A stretch of 62,766 nucleotides of DNA, counting the filler, from Bonamia ostreae (Eukaryota), in NCBI GenBank assembly GCA_040357525.1. It is 24 parts of 24 records of this genome, joined end to end, with 100 filler letters (N's around TTAATTAATTAA, not from the genome) between each part and the next. Parts side by side here need not be neighbours in the genome. Positions count along the whole stretch, not along the records: positions 49,846 to 52,351 come from JBDODL010000805.1; positions 52,452 to 54,957 come from JBDODL010000806.1; positions 55,058 to 57,562 come from JBDODL010000807.1; positions 57,663 to 60,164 come from JBDODL010000808.1; positions 60,265 to 62,766 come from JBDODL010000809.1; 19 more parts are not named here. One strand, written 5' to 3'. Below are positions 49,846 through 61,411 of this stretch, in pieces. Within the stretch, counting starts at the first letter, position 1, and each line of letters starts with the position of its first letter. The position numbers were made by a program, and so were the translations under genes. A model generated the notes under the pieces. It did no database searches, was not told the DNA's origin, and was given only the letters and a program-made list of their open reading frames with translations.

Positions 49846-52351
49846 GTTCGAAAAAGTTACAAAAATTTGTTCAAAAAGGATCCGTTTTGCTGCGATTTTG
49901 ATAGTTTCCCTGATTTTTGGGAACATTCGTTTAGAGAAAATCTAAACAAAAAATCTAAAAAATGGTCGAAAACTATAAAAATCGCGCTAAAACTTTCAAA
50001 TTTAAAGAAAAAACAAAATTCTAGACAATTTTTAGAAGACAATTATAAAAAATTCCAAAATGTCGCTGCGCCAGTTTTCTGGTGGACTGCCAAAGACGGT
50101 ATTATGTTTATCTTGAATGTTTTGGACAAAGGATTGACCAAATTTGACCAAATTTTCAAACATTTTGATTTTAGCGACAAATTTGTTTTGTTGAAAAATA
50201 ATTTTGGTTTTTGATAAATTTTGTCTAAAACTTAAAATTTTATTAATTCTAAATCAGAAAGTCACCCGAGAGAACTAATTCAAGTAAATAATATTCAGTG
50301 CAGATGCAAAAAAGGAGAAGTAAAATTTAGCATTAGAAATTTAGCCAAATGTGCCTTGTGCAAAAAATGGATGCACATCGGATGTTTCAGATTCTATTCG
50401 TTTAATGACGGTGCGATTTGTTCAAAGTTTGCTTAATTTTTAAAATTCTTAAACACAATTTTGACGAAATCAATAACTTTTTATCTTTTATTTAATTCGC
50501 AAAAGTTGTAAATTGCCAATTCCACCGAAAAAAATATTGTTGGAATATTTGGACAAAATTTTGACAATTTTGGATATAAGCGAAAAAGAAGAAAAAACAG
50601 AAAATTTTGAAGATGTCATTAAAAAAGAAAACAATTTTGACGAACAGAAAATTTTCTTGGAAAACAAATTTATCAAAAATATAAACAATATAATAAAATT
50701 TGGAGTGAAAGATTATGTTTGGCTATTTTTTAATTTTAGAAATTTCACGGTAATATAAAAACAACAAAATATAATAAAAATTTTACAAAAAAAATTAATA
50801 AAAACGACAAAAAATTAATAAAACAACAAAAAAATTGACAAAGAAATTTAAAAACGACAAAAAATTAATAAAACAACAAAAAAATTGACAAAGAAATTTA
50901 ATAAAAAGCGGCAAAAAATTAATAAAAAACGACAAAAAATTAATAAAAAGTGAAAAAAATTTAATTAAAAAGTGACAAAAAAATTGAAAAAACAATTTTA
51001 ACGAAAAAAATTAATGAAAAAATTAAAAAACAAATTAGTCAAAAACATCAAAAACAACGAAAAAATTGCTTAGAACAAGCTTAGAAATATTTTTAAAAGA
51101 AGAAAAGAAATATCTCGAGGAACACAAAAACGAAAGTTCCGCGAAAAGAAATTTTCTAAAACTGTCCGAATTCGAGAATTTGAAATGCTGTGACAACTTT
51201 TCCGGCGACAAAGCAATAATTTTTTGTTCGATTTGCAACGAATGGCGCCACTCCGATTGCTCTCCCAATCCGGCCACATTTTGCTACAAAATAGAAAATT
51301 GCTCAGAATGCTCCAATCTGAGCGACAACGAAACCCTTTTTAGACGAAAATCGTCCATTTTTAAGCTCAAAAACAAATGGCAATTTTTTTGCGATAAAAT
51401 ATTAAACAAAAACGGCGAAAGGCCGAAATCAAAAAACCCGATGAACGAAAGTAGCGATGAACTCGAAACTTGTCAGTTGTTATTGGTCCAACTCAAAATG
51501 AAAATTCAAAATTTGGCTAAACCTAAAAATTTAGCCAACGGCGAAAAAGCCGAACTAAAATATTTTGCCAAAAAAATGGCCGGAATCGACAGAATCGCTA
51601 GAAATCTGAGTGCTTATCCAACTCCAAATCATTTCGCGGAAGACATTCGAACAATTTTGAGAGAATTGTGGCTAAATTTTAATGAAAATTTGGCAATTCG
51701 CTCCAAAATCGAAAAGACGAAAAAAGAATTTGAGAAGTCCTTTTCGAGGACGGTGCCCAAACATCGCGCCGGTCCCAACAGAAGCGATCAAGATGACTTC
51801 GAAGAAGGTTTTTGGTGGTAACAATCTGTTATGTACATCGTTTTCGATTGCGTCTAACCACTCACAACAAAGAGAGCGATGTAACAACAGCTCAATCGCC
51901 AAAATTATCGTCGAAAATGGCGACGAAAATAATCGAGCGAGTTCGCCTTTTCGACAAAATCCGCTTTTGTCTCTCTCTAGACACAAACACTTTACGAATT
52001 AAAGCTGCTTCAGCAGCTCTAAAACCGTTAGACAAAAACGACAAAAACAAACTTTTCGAAAGTCCGGAAAACAGAGATAATGATAATTTAAACTCCGAAA
52101 GCTCAAGTTATGAAATAAGAATGCCGAAATGGTGGGATCCGCCGTTGCACGACGTTTTGGTGATGTTCGGATTGGAGAGAAATGGTTTTGGTGAAGTTTT
52201 GGCGATAATCACGGATCCCTTTTTCAGACCGGCGCTTTTGTCTTTCGAAGGCATTGTCGATGAGGTTTTATATAAAGTTGGTTTCTTTACACTAAAAAGT
52301 AATTTTTAGTTGAAAACAATGGCCAAAAATTCGTCTAAAAACAAAATAATG
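49846..52351 (+). CDS. Large chromatin protein, CHD-remodeler-like C-terminal region with PHD-like fingers (partial)
   Basis: CALCKKWMHIGC and CSICNEWRHSDC fingers; PKWWDPPLHDVLVMFGLERNGFG resembles the CHD6-9 C-terminal motif. Confidence 0.5.
50760..51037. repeat. Degenerate A-rich intronic tandem repeat
   Basis: AAAAAATTAATAAAA(A)CGAC-like ~20-nt units between exons. Confidence 0.7.
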
Positions 52352-52456
52352 NNNNNNNNNNNNNNNNNNNNNNNNNNNNNNNNNNNNNNNNNNNNTTAAT
52401 TAATTAANNNNNNNNNNNNNNNNNNNNNNNNNNNNNNNNNNNNNNNNNNNNCATAA

Positions 52457-53169
52457 ATGGATTTAGATAAAAGCATCGAAAAGAATGAAGATTTGGCGCT
52501 GTTGAAACGCATTTGGACAATGGAAAAATTTAGTCCGCAACTTCTGAAATTCCACAAAGACCTCTTCGACAGAATCCACAAACAAATCAAAATCCAAGTT
52601 TACCTTACAACCCAAAGAAGAAAAGATTGTCGGAAAACAGAGAGAAGCAAAACGAGAAAGAAGCCGCCAATCGTTTAGATCTGTACGAAATGGAAATCGA
52701 CCGAGTCGAGTTTCTGCTGAATTCTTACTTGAGAACGCGCCTCCAAAAGGTTCAACCAAAAATTCAAAGATCCAAAAATTTTGTCTTTATATCGAAAAAA
52801 CGGACTCGGCCACCAAACTGCTTTCCGAAGCCGAGAACAATTTTGCGCAAAAGTTGGAACATCTCAATTAAAGATATTCCAAAGTTTTAAGAAAAGCGCT
52901 TAAACAGCCGTTTTTAGACAAGCTCCCGAACGAATGGAGCGACATTGATAAACACGGCGCAAAACCTCGTTCGGACAAATTTGTCTTTTTAAGAGCCCTC
53001 TCCGATTTGGGGCCCGTCACAGTGTCGGAAACGACGGGCGAAGACGAATTGTTTACTTTTTAAGTTTAGACTGGAAGACGAGCAATTGGTTAGCAGAGGC
53101 GACGTCTTTATGGCCAACTACAAGTTCTTCAAGATTCTTTTAGAGCGAGGCCGTGTCGAGCTGAATTGA
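52457..53169 (+). CDS. SLD5: GINS complex subunit Sld5
   Basis: LKRIWTMEKFSPQLL, YEMEIDRVEFLLNSYLRTRLQK|I, DKFVFLRAL, GDVFMANY, GRVEL. Confidence 0.92.
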
Positions 53170-53173
53170 ACTT

Positions 53174-53434
53174 TCATTTAATAAATCCATTGTTCTCCAA
53201 AACTTTAAGTACGTCTTTTTCGAGCACGGTCACTCGTTTGTCTGCTTTGGCGTTTGCGTTCGCCCTTCGAAGTGTCAAAACAAACATGTGGGAGATGTAG
53301 AGTATCCATATCGTTGAAGCTCTAGTAATGGATTCTCGGGCTTTCTTGCTTAATAACTTGTTTGAATCTTTTTTAATGTGGCGCGTTATTATTGATGTTG
53401 GCAAGTCGAGAGGCTTTTCTGACTTGGCAGTCAT
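53174..53434 (-). CDS. Histone-fold protein, POLE3/Dpb4 (NF-YB-like)
   Basis: DLPTSIITRHIK, LSKKARESITRASTIWILYI, KRVTVLEKDVLKVLE; probable in-frame 21-nt intron. Confidence 0.75.
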   Translation of the reverse strand: MTAKSEKPLDLPTSIITRHIKKDSNKLLSKKARESITRASTIWILYISHMFVLTLRRANANAKADKRVTVLEKDVLKVLENNGFIK

Positions 53435-53449
53435 TCTTAGTAATTATAT

Positions 53450-53655
53450 GCGACTCGTCTATATCAAACAGCAAATGTGCACAACTCCCGTAGCGGGTTA
53501 AGGACAGTGGCCTGTCAGATTTATTCCACTCTCTGATTGTCGACAATAGGATGATCGACGAGGTCCAGGTGGTTTTAACGGGCAGGTCTCGCACAGAGGC
53601 AGTAGTCACCCTGTCTCCAATTAGAAAATGTGCAAAACATAAATTTTTTGTTCTA
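53450..53655. ncRNA. Candidate structured non-coding RNA, family and strand unassigned
   Basis: GC-enriched intergenic island with several hairpins and no convincing reading frame. Confidence 0.4.
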
Positions 53656-53719
53656 TAAACGTATCGCTGTTCTTAATGCAGGAAAATTATATCTAAAACG
53701 ATAAACTCGCGAAACCTGA

Positions 53720-54957
53720 ATGCCTGTAATAGCTGTTAAAAAAGAAGTTCTCTACGAAAAAATAGGACTTGACGAAAGTTTGCTGTTTTGACGTTTTTAG
53801 ATTTCTCGGTCGAACAGTTCCAAGATTTGTGCTTTGATTTTGGAATCGAGCTGGTTTTGCAAAAATTTACAAAAGGATAATGTCGTTACTGAGAAAGAAT
53901 TAAAAAGTGGGGGAGACAAAACTGAAAGTGACGTCATTTATTACAAAATCGAAGTACCAGGTTTTGTCATTGTCACTGATAGCTAATCGCTATGACCTTC
54001 TATGCGTTGAAGGACTCGTTTATTTTATAATGTTAAAGGCGTATTCTCTTGCCGTTTTTATGGGCAAAAAGGAAATTCTGACTGTGAATTTGGAAAGCTC
54101 TAAAGAAAATGATTTTTATGTCAAAATTGAAAAATCTGTTTTTAATTATTTTATCCATTTCTTCAAAAAAAACATTTCAAAACTGAAAATAAAATTTTAC
54201 CCATTTCTTGCAAAAAACATTTCATTTTAAAACAGAACACCAAAATTATCCATTTCTTCCAAAAACATTTTAAAACCGAAAATCAAATTTTTAACCATCA
54301 AAAAATATTTCCAAATATTTTTGTAAAATTAAAAATTTCCAAAGGTTGAAAAAATCAGGCCATACATCGTTTCGGCTGTTATAAAAAACGTCGAATTAAA
54401 CGATGAATCGTTTAAAAGTCTAATCGAATTGCAAGAAAAATTGCATTTCAATATCTGCAGAGATAGAACTCTCGCATCCATCGGCGTCCACAACTTCGAC
54501 GCACTAAAAATGCCAATCACCTACAAAGCTTTGCGAAACGGTAAAAATTTTCAATAAAAAGACTCAAAATCGTTCGTCGCTTTAAACGAAACCGAATCGT
54601 TTACAGTCGAACAACTTTTCAATGTTTACAGAAAAAGAGTTTCGAAAGTTAACATTTAGTCTGTTTGCAGCGTTCGCCCTTATTTGTCAATTTTGGAAGG
54701 GTTTGACGAATCGCCATTTGTTCTTGACGCCAACGACAACGTCTGCTCTCTTCCTCCGATCATCAACAGTGAACTGACCAAAGTGTCTGAAAACACCAAA
54801 AACATGTTGAAATTTAGAAATGCGTTCGCTAATTGCAAACTTTAAAAAATTTTGAAAAATTAGCCAATCCGAATTTAAAAAAAAATGAAGATTTTTAGAC
54901 ATAACCGCGACGGATTTTACTAAAGCAAAAATTGTTCTGAACACAATTTGCTTTTCT
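53720..54957 (+). CDS. FARSB: Phenylalanyl-tRNA synthetase beta subunit, 3'-truncated
   Basis: MPVIAVKK, LCFDFGIEL, NRYDLLCVEGL, IRPYIVSA, LIELQEKLHFNICRDRTLASIGVH, CSLPPIINS. Confidence 0.93.
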
Positions 54958-55285
54958 NNNNNNNNNNNNNNNNNNNNNNNNNNNNNNNNNNNNNNNNNNN
55001 NTTAATTAATTAANNNNNNNNNNNNNNNNNNNNNNNNNNNNNNNNNNNNNNNNNNNNCAATTTTGTCAAATCGCAATATTTTTGGCAAATTTAACACAAT
55101 ATTTAAAATTGTCCAAAAGCATCAAAATGCCAAAAATTGTCAAAAATCTGCTAAAAATATTGAGATTCATCAAATTTTTCAAATCCCTTCGTAATTTAGT
55201 TTTCGCAGATTTGCCGTTTTTGGATTTTGTCCATTAAAAGATTGTTTTTACGAAACTGAAATTTTTGATTTGTTGAGAATTAAAA

Positions 55286-56229
55286 TTATTGAAAATTTAG
55301 TAAAGTTTCGACTAAACTTTCAGGCTTTGGCATTGAAGAAACTGCGTCTAGTCTTATGTTTCTAGAAATTAAGGCTTGCGCAGTTGTGTCGCCAATAGCA
55401 ACGATTTTGAAGCAGTCAAAAATTCTAAAAAAATCTGGAAACGAGGCGAGGACAGCATTTAGTCCACTGGGACTAAAGAACACAACAAACTTAGCTTGAA
55501 ACTGTGAATTGTTTTTCAGACTCAAAATTTTTTGAGTCAAATTTGGCTGCGACAAAGTTTTATAAGCCGTTATTTCCACAAAGTTGATATTGGCCGCAAT
55601 TAGTTTTTCAGTCAAATTTTGTCTGCGGCTAAATTGAAAAGCTAATTTTTTATAAAACATATTTGAAGACAAAATCAAAAATTGTTTCTGGGGATCGGAT
55701 CTATATTTCAATAAAACATTTTCTGCCAGTTCTTCGGAGTTTTTGAAATAGCTTTTGTCAAATTGGACATTTGTTTTTAATAGTTTCGCCTTCTAAAATT
55801 ATAACGTCGTAAACTTTAACCGATTTTTCGCCAACCGAGAAAAATTTTACATTTTCGAAAAACTTTTTCGATTTATTGTCCATTTGGCAAATTTTGTTTA
55901 TCGCGTCCAAACTAGTCGAGCTTGTTATGATCACTCCTTTCAACAATAAATTTTTAAAATTTGGTCTCAATAAATGACAAATCGACAAAAAATTAAATTT
56001 TTTCTTATTTGCATTTTTGTAATTCCAAAAATAAAAATGAACAACGATCCGAATATAAAAATAGTCAACCCGCAAAATTTGAGGGGCTCTGTTGAGTAAA
56101 CCGAATAATAATTTTTTGGTTAACAAACTCAAATTTGATGACGGGGACAAATAAAGTTTCGAACCCTTTTTCTCGAAAACGATTTTGGTATTCCAAATCG
56201 AAATCTTTGAACAAAACAACTTTCCCCAT
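55286..56229 (-). CDS. UROS: Uroporphyrinogen-III synthase
   Basis: MGKVVLFK, LFVPVIKFEF, GVIITS, FFSVGEKS, ITAYKT, VVFFSPSG, IVAIGDTTA. Confidence 0.85.
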
Positions 56230-56292
56230 TCGGCTAATTTTGTCTATTTCTGGTATTCGAACATAGTCATTTCAAATATAAGTTTTCGCAAA

Positions 56293-57464
56293 ATGACTTT
56301 GTTCGGAATAAATAAAAATAATAATTTTCAGCACATACTTTTAATAGGCGCAGGAGGGATAGGCGGTGAGCTCTTAAAAAACTTGTCAATCTTCAATTTT
56401 GCCAAAGTAACAATTGTTGATCACGACAAGATCGAAGCTTCTAATCTGCCAAGACAACTTTATTTTAGAAAAAGCGACTTAAACTTTTCTAAAATCGCCG
56501 TTTTAGCCCAAAAACTAAAATCGTCTAAACTCATTTTGTTTTTTAAAACCGGCAAAATCTAGTTTTGAGAACGACATCAGAGATTTCGAAATTCATTTTT
56601 TCGACCAATTCGATTTGGTCATTTCTTGTGTCGACAACATTGAAACAAGAAGATACACCGCAAATCTCTTGTTTCAAAAGTACCTCTTTTGTAACATCAA
56701 AATACCTTTTTTTGACTGTGGTTCTGAAGGATTTGCCGGTAAAAATTCTAAGATGTAAAGGACAACTAAGAATTTACGAATTCGATAAAGGGCCATGTTT
56801 TGACTGCACCAAAGAACTATTTAAGTCTGAAACAGATAGTTATCCTTTATGTTCCAAAAATCTCTCTTTTGAAGAAGCCGTCCTAGCTACAAAAAAATCG
56901 TTATTTCCGTCCACGCCGAAAGAAAAGTTATCCATTCTTCAAATCGAGAAAATTCACGAGGCGATTATGACGAAAAAGCCGTCATTACATTCCAAATTTA
57001 ACTCGTTGGAAAAAACAAAATCGTTGCTAAAATCGGTTGTGGTACCAACTCTCAACACAACAAACTCGATTATCGCTGGAATATGCAGTGTCCAGATAAA
57101 AAATTTTGGGAATAATCGAAACAATCTTTTTACTTTTAATGGCGAAAAAGGCGCTTATTTTGCTAATTTTGAATTGAGGAAAAATGAAAATTGCGTTTGC
57201 GCCAATTTTGAGAAGATTTGTTTGAAGGTAAAAAATGGTAAAGGATTTGGGATTCCGTTTTTGAAGAAAAATCTGAAAACGGAAAAAAATGATTTTATAA
57301 AATTCTACAAATCGAAGTTTGGTCAAACGGATTATTTTTGTTTAGAGGATTCGTGTCGCGACAAAATTTTGAGGGACAGGTTTGAAGAATTGATCGGAAC
57401 AAATGAAAATTTTATGATTATTTGTAAAAACAAGATTTGTTTTGTGAATTTGGCTAAATGTTAA
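56293..57464 (+). CDS. Ubiquitin-like activating enzyme E1 catalytic subunit, UBA3-like
   Basis: LLIGAGGIGGELLKNL, DHDKIEASNLPRQ, SCVDNIETRR, DCGSEGFAG|Q, PCFDC, SYPLCS, TTNSIIAGIC. Confidence 0.8.
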
Positions 57465-57662
57465 TTTTTCATTTTGCGCCATTTTTTTTTGATCGATTTA
57501 AATTCCAAAATAAATTTTTTTTTCATTTTAAACTATTTTACATGTGTGGTGATATTTAGTTTNNNNNNNNNNNNNNNNNNNNNNNNNNNNNNNNNNNNNN
57601 NNNNNNTTAATTAATTAANNNNNNNNNNNNNNNNNNNNNNNNNNNNNNNNNNNNNNNNNNNN

Positions 57663-58238
57663 TCAGTTTAGCCAATACTGGCCATTATCGCGTTATAGAT
57701 AACGTTGGTCAATTCAAAAATCGAAATTAATGTGATTTGAATCAAAGCACAGAAAAGCCATAGTTTTTTAGAAAGCAGAAAAAATGAAGAGAAAGATACT
57801 ATCATGAATGCGAGGCTCATGGCTTTTTAAATTAAAAATATACAATAAATTATATCGAAGATCTTAAAATCGCTTATCGATCTCTAAAATGGCGATCTAT
57901 TAACAAACCAACTACTATTTTCTTGCGATTGTTGTTAATGTCAGAAATGCTTCCGATAAGCGGAGATAACACGATTACGATAAAGCTCGTAATGGAATTA
58001 ACCACGAAAACAAAGTTGGCTGGGGTAATCGATAGCACCCCCAAATGGACATATCCATCTTTTGATCGGTTAAATTTGGCCAAATCGAGAATTATCTAAT
58101 TTATTCTTATAATTAGAACTGGAAAGAGAATGGCGAGCGTCGTCATCAAGAAAGGACCTCTTGACATCACAAGGCTAAAATTTAATGTATTTAAAACACG
58201 TAGTACGCCCTTTCCTCAGTTTTATCCATTTTTGGCAT
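57663..58238 (-). CDS. MFS transporter, Atg22/UMF1-like, N-terminal part
   Basis: Spliced TM segments; LSPLIGSISDINNNRKK matches MFS motif A; NVIYNAIMA. Confidence 0.65.
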
Positions 58239-58743
58239 TTTTTAGATTGTTACTATATAATTTAAATATGGCTTTTCTATGTAATTTTCTAAAAAAAATA
58301 TATGCTCATTTTTAGTTGTCATATAATGCAAACCTTTTATTTCACAACATTCAGTATTTTAATGGTCGATATAAATGTTACAAAATACCAAAAACACAAA
58401 ATCTTCGCTTTTAAGCAATTTCAAAAAATTTCTAAATCCAATTATAACGGAATGGCCAAGTTATTTGAGATTGTGGAATTTTCGAACAAGCCATTTTTAT
58501 TTCCAATATTAAACTTATTTTTGTTTATAAAATGGCCAAAAATTAAATTAAGCTTATCTTCCAATATTAAATTCTGATTGGAATTTTCATAAACAATTGC
58601 AAAAATAAAAAAAAGAACGTTTCGAAAACATTTTTAGTAAAATTTGCGCTGAAATCAATTTTTGATAATACAATTGCTTTTTAATAATCTGTTAATACAA
58701 AATTTAAAATTGCGAAAATTTTGTTAAAATTTAATTGCAAAAA

Positions 58744-60000
58744 ATGTCGCAAAATCGGATAAATTGCGTCGATTGTGACTCAATCCGTAAAAATTTTAAT
58801 CGATTTAGACATTAATTGGGTTTCAACAATATTCGACATTCCTCTCTGCGACGATTGCGCCAAAGTGCACAAACAATTTTTCTCTAATCATTCGTTAATA
58901 AAATCAGCGAATCCGCAAGACATTTTCGCGATTAACGGAAATTCTTTTTATAAAACTTTAGTAAAGTCAGAAAGAAAGCACAAAAATTTTGACCACCAAA
59001 ACTTAAAAACAGAACGTTATAATTTTATCTACGACAAATACATTTCAAAACAATTTGCAATAAGCAAAACGAAAATGCGTAAACAAAATGAAATCAAATC
59101 GGAAATTCGATTTTGTGATTATTTTGTTGTTTTGAAAAGAGGAAAAATTGTAAAAAACGATTCGACGTCATTGAGCAAAATCGAATATTCGCCGATCGTT
59201 ACAGACCGTTATCCTTTGACAGATTACGAAGATTACAAGTTGTCTCCATCAATCGGAATGTTCGTCTTTCCAGACAATATCTATCTTTTGACTAATCCTT
59301 CTTACACAAAATATTCATTTTTTGTTTTTAGATTTTTAAGGCGCTCATTTTGTTATTGCAAAAAGTTACTAAAAGGCGAAAAAAATATTTGAAAATTGAA
59401 CAAAATATTTTCGTTATTAAAATTTTAGCGACAAAATTATTTTCGTTATTAAAAATTGCAAATTTGTAAAGTTTTGGCGATAAAATTATTTTCGTTATTA
59501 AAAATTGCAAATTTGTAAAATTTTAGCGATAAAATTATTTTCGTTATTAAAAATTGCAAATTTGTAAAATTTTAGCGATAAAATTATTTTCATTATTAAA
59601 AATTGCAAATTTGTTAAATTTTAGTGATAAAATTATTTTCATTATTAAAAATTGCAGATTAAACAAAAAATATTTTCGTTTATAAAATTTAAGCGATAAA
59701 ATTATTTTCGTTATTAAAAATTGGACTAAAAGACATTAACAAATGAAAACGGAGTAAGACAATTTGGAGCTTGTTTAATATTTTGGGAAAAATTAAATCC
59801 TTTAGAAGTTTTTAAACCTATTCACAGAATGTTTACAAAAAATTACAGAATATTACATTAATATAAAAATAAGATCGTTTCAGTGATAATGGAATCTAAA
59901 CTAGAAAACGAAGAAGAGATCATGCACAAAAATAATTTTGAGCTTTATTCTCCAACTAGTATTGTGATTGTATCACAATGGCCATTTTATCGTTTATTAA
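58744..60000 (+). CDS. ArfGAP-like zinc finger fused to uDENN/DENN domain (partial)
   Basis: With intron 58787-58808 removed: CVDC-x16-CDDCAKVH, RYNFIYDKY; then FCDYFVVL, DRYP, MFVFPD, V|LTNENGVRQFGACL, PTSIVIVSQWPFY. Confidence 0.78.
59405..59722. repeat. Intronic minisatellite, ~49-nt unit, about 6 copies
   Basis: TTTTAGCGATAAAATTATTTTCGTTATTAAAAATTGCAAATTTGTAAAA repeats in the DENN gene intron. Confidence 0.88.
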
Positions 60001-60164
60001 CAGATTTTTTTATTAATTTTGATCAAATTTATCGATTTTTATTAATTTTTACTGATTTTTTAATTAATTTTGATCAATTTTTTTTATTGATTTATCATTA
60101 TTTTTAATCGATTTTTTTATTAATTTTGATCAAATTTATCGATTTTTATTAATTTTTACTGATT
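59988..60164. repeat. Degenerate intronic tandem repeat
   Basis: GATTTTTTATTAATTTTGATCAAATTTATC-type units to the contig end. Confidence 0.7.
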
Positions 60165-60395
60165 NNNNNNNNNNNNNNNNNNNNNNNNNNNNNNNNNNNN
60201 NNNNNNNNTTAATTAATTAANNNNNNNNNNNNNNNNNNNNNNNNNNNNNNNNNNNNNNNNNNNNTTGGCATTGTTTTTGTAATTAAAAGTGAGTATTATA
60301 AAGGTTTGAGGCAAACTTCAGATTCAAAAACATTAAATCTTTGATTTAGTCAATAATTTAGACATACAACATAACATTTTAACAAATTAGCCAAA

Positions 60396-61180
60396 ATGGC
60401 TCATATCAAATCCAATATTAGACCAATTCAAAAAGAATTTGAATATACGACAAAGCTTTTTGAAAACACCGAAAAAGCGAACGAGCTTTCAAAAAGTTTA
60501 ATTAAATTTGATTAAAAGAGATTTTGACGAATTTGTACAAAGAAAATCTGGAGCTCAACCAAGAACTCATTCTGAAAAATAGAGGTTTGTTAACGCAGAG
60601 CCATTTTTGATTTACCAAATTTGCTGCTAAAATCTAAATTGCTAAAATTCGATAGAAGCGAAGAACGAAAAAATGCACGTCTATAAATTATCATCTGAAC
60701 TAGAATCAATGCAAAAAGTGTGCGAAGAACTTCCATCTGTGATCAAAGCTCTTTCAGCCGAAAATATGGCATCGAAAGAAAACTTGAATTCGCAAATTCG
60801 CCAATTGGAAATGACGAAAAGTCTTAACGACCAAAAAATAAAAAATCTGCGAAACAAAATTAATTTGAGAGAAAAATTGCTCGGTGTTCGATTTGAACCG
60901 ATTCAATGTTATTTTTTGAAAAACGGAAATTTTAAAGACGGCGTCAAAATAGTTTTGTTCAATCTGTTGGAAAACAATCCGAACTACGAATGCAATTTTA
61001 GATTGAAAATAGAGAACGGCTATAAAATTACCGATTGCAATCCGAAGATCGATTTTGCGGACGAGCTTAAAAAGTTTTGCCAAACGGAGGATTTCAAGTT
61101 ATTTATGAAAGTTTTTACTTAAAATTAAGTCGATGAGAAATCAGTTTATCAGAAAACTGGAAAAGGAATTGTTTTATTAA
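60396..61180 (+). CDS. SPC25: Kinetochore protein Spc25-like
   Basis: Coiled coil followed by LLGVRFE...GVKIVLFNL...FRLKIENGYKITDCNPKI RWD-type domain. Confidence 0.7.
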
Positions 61181-61411
61181 ATTTATGTGTCTTCAATTTT
61201 TTGGTCGTCAAAAATTTAATTTCGCCATTTCCGTTTCGTCTTTTTGGGGATTTTTATGTTTTTCAAAAATTGAATAAAACATTTTTACAATGCAAACTGA
61301 ATAAAGAGTTTAAGATTTGTTCCAAACTAGTAAATAAATAGGACATTAGTTTTCGGATGAAAACTCCATATACAAATAAAGATTAATAAATTCTCATATA
61401 TCAAAAATTTA

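Noticed and set aside
53490-53505. CCTTAACCC (minus strand) as a telomerase RNA template
   Set aside because: Does not give the roughly 1.5 exact CCCTAA units needed to template TTAGGG.
625-57464. Frameshifted pseudogenes or a reassigned genetic code
   Set aside because: Every break I examined in conserved genes is resolved by a GT-AG micro-intron; no stop codon remained at a conserved position.
2540-60264. Regularly spaced TTAATTAATTAA motif as a biological repeat, and gene clusters spanning it
   Set aside because: It is an assembly linker between length-sorted contigs, so adjacency across it carries no meaning.
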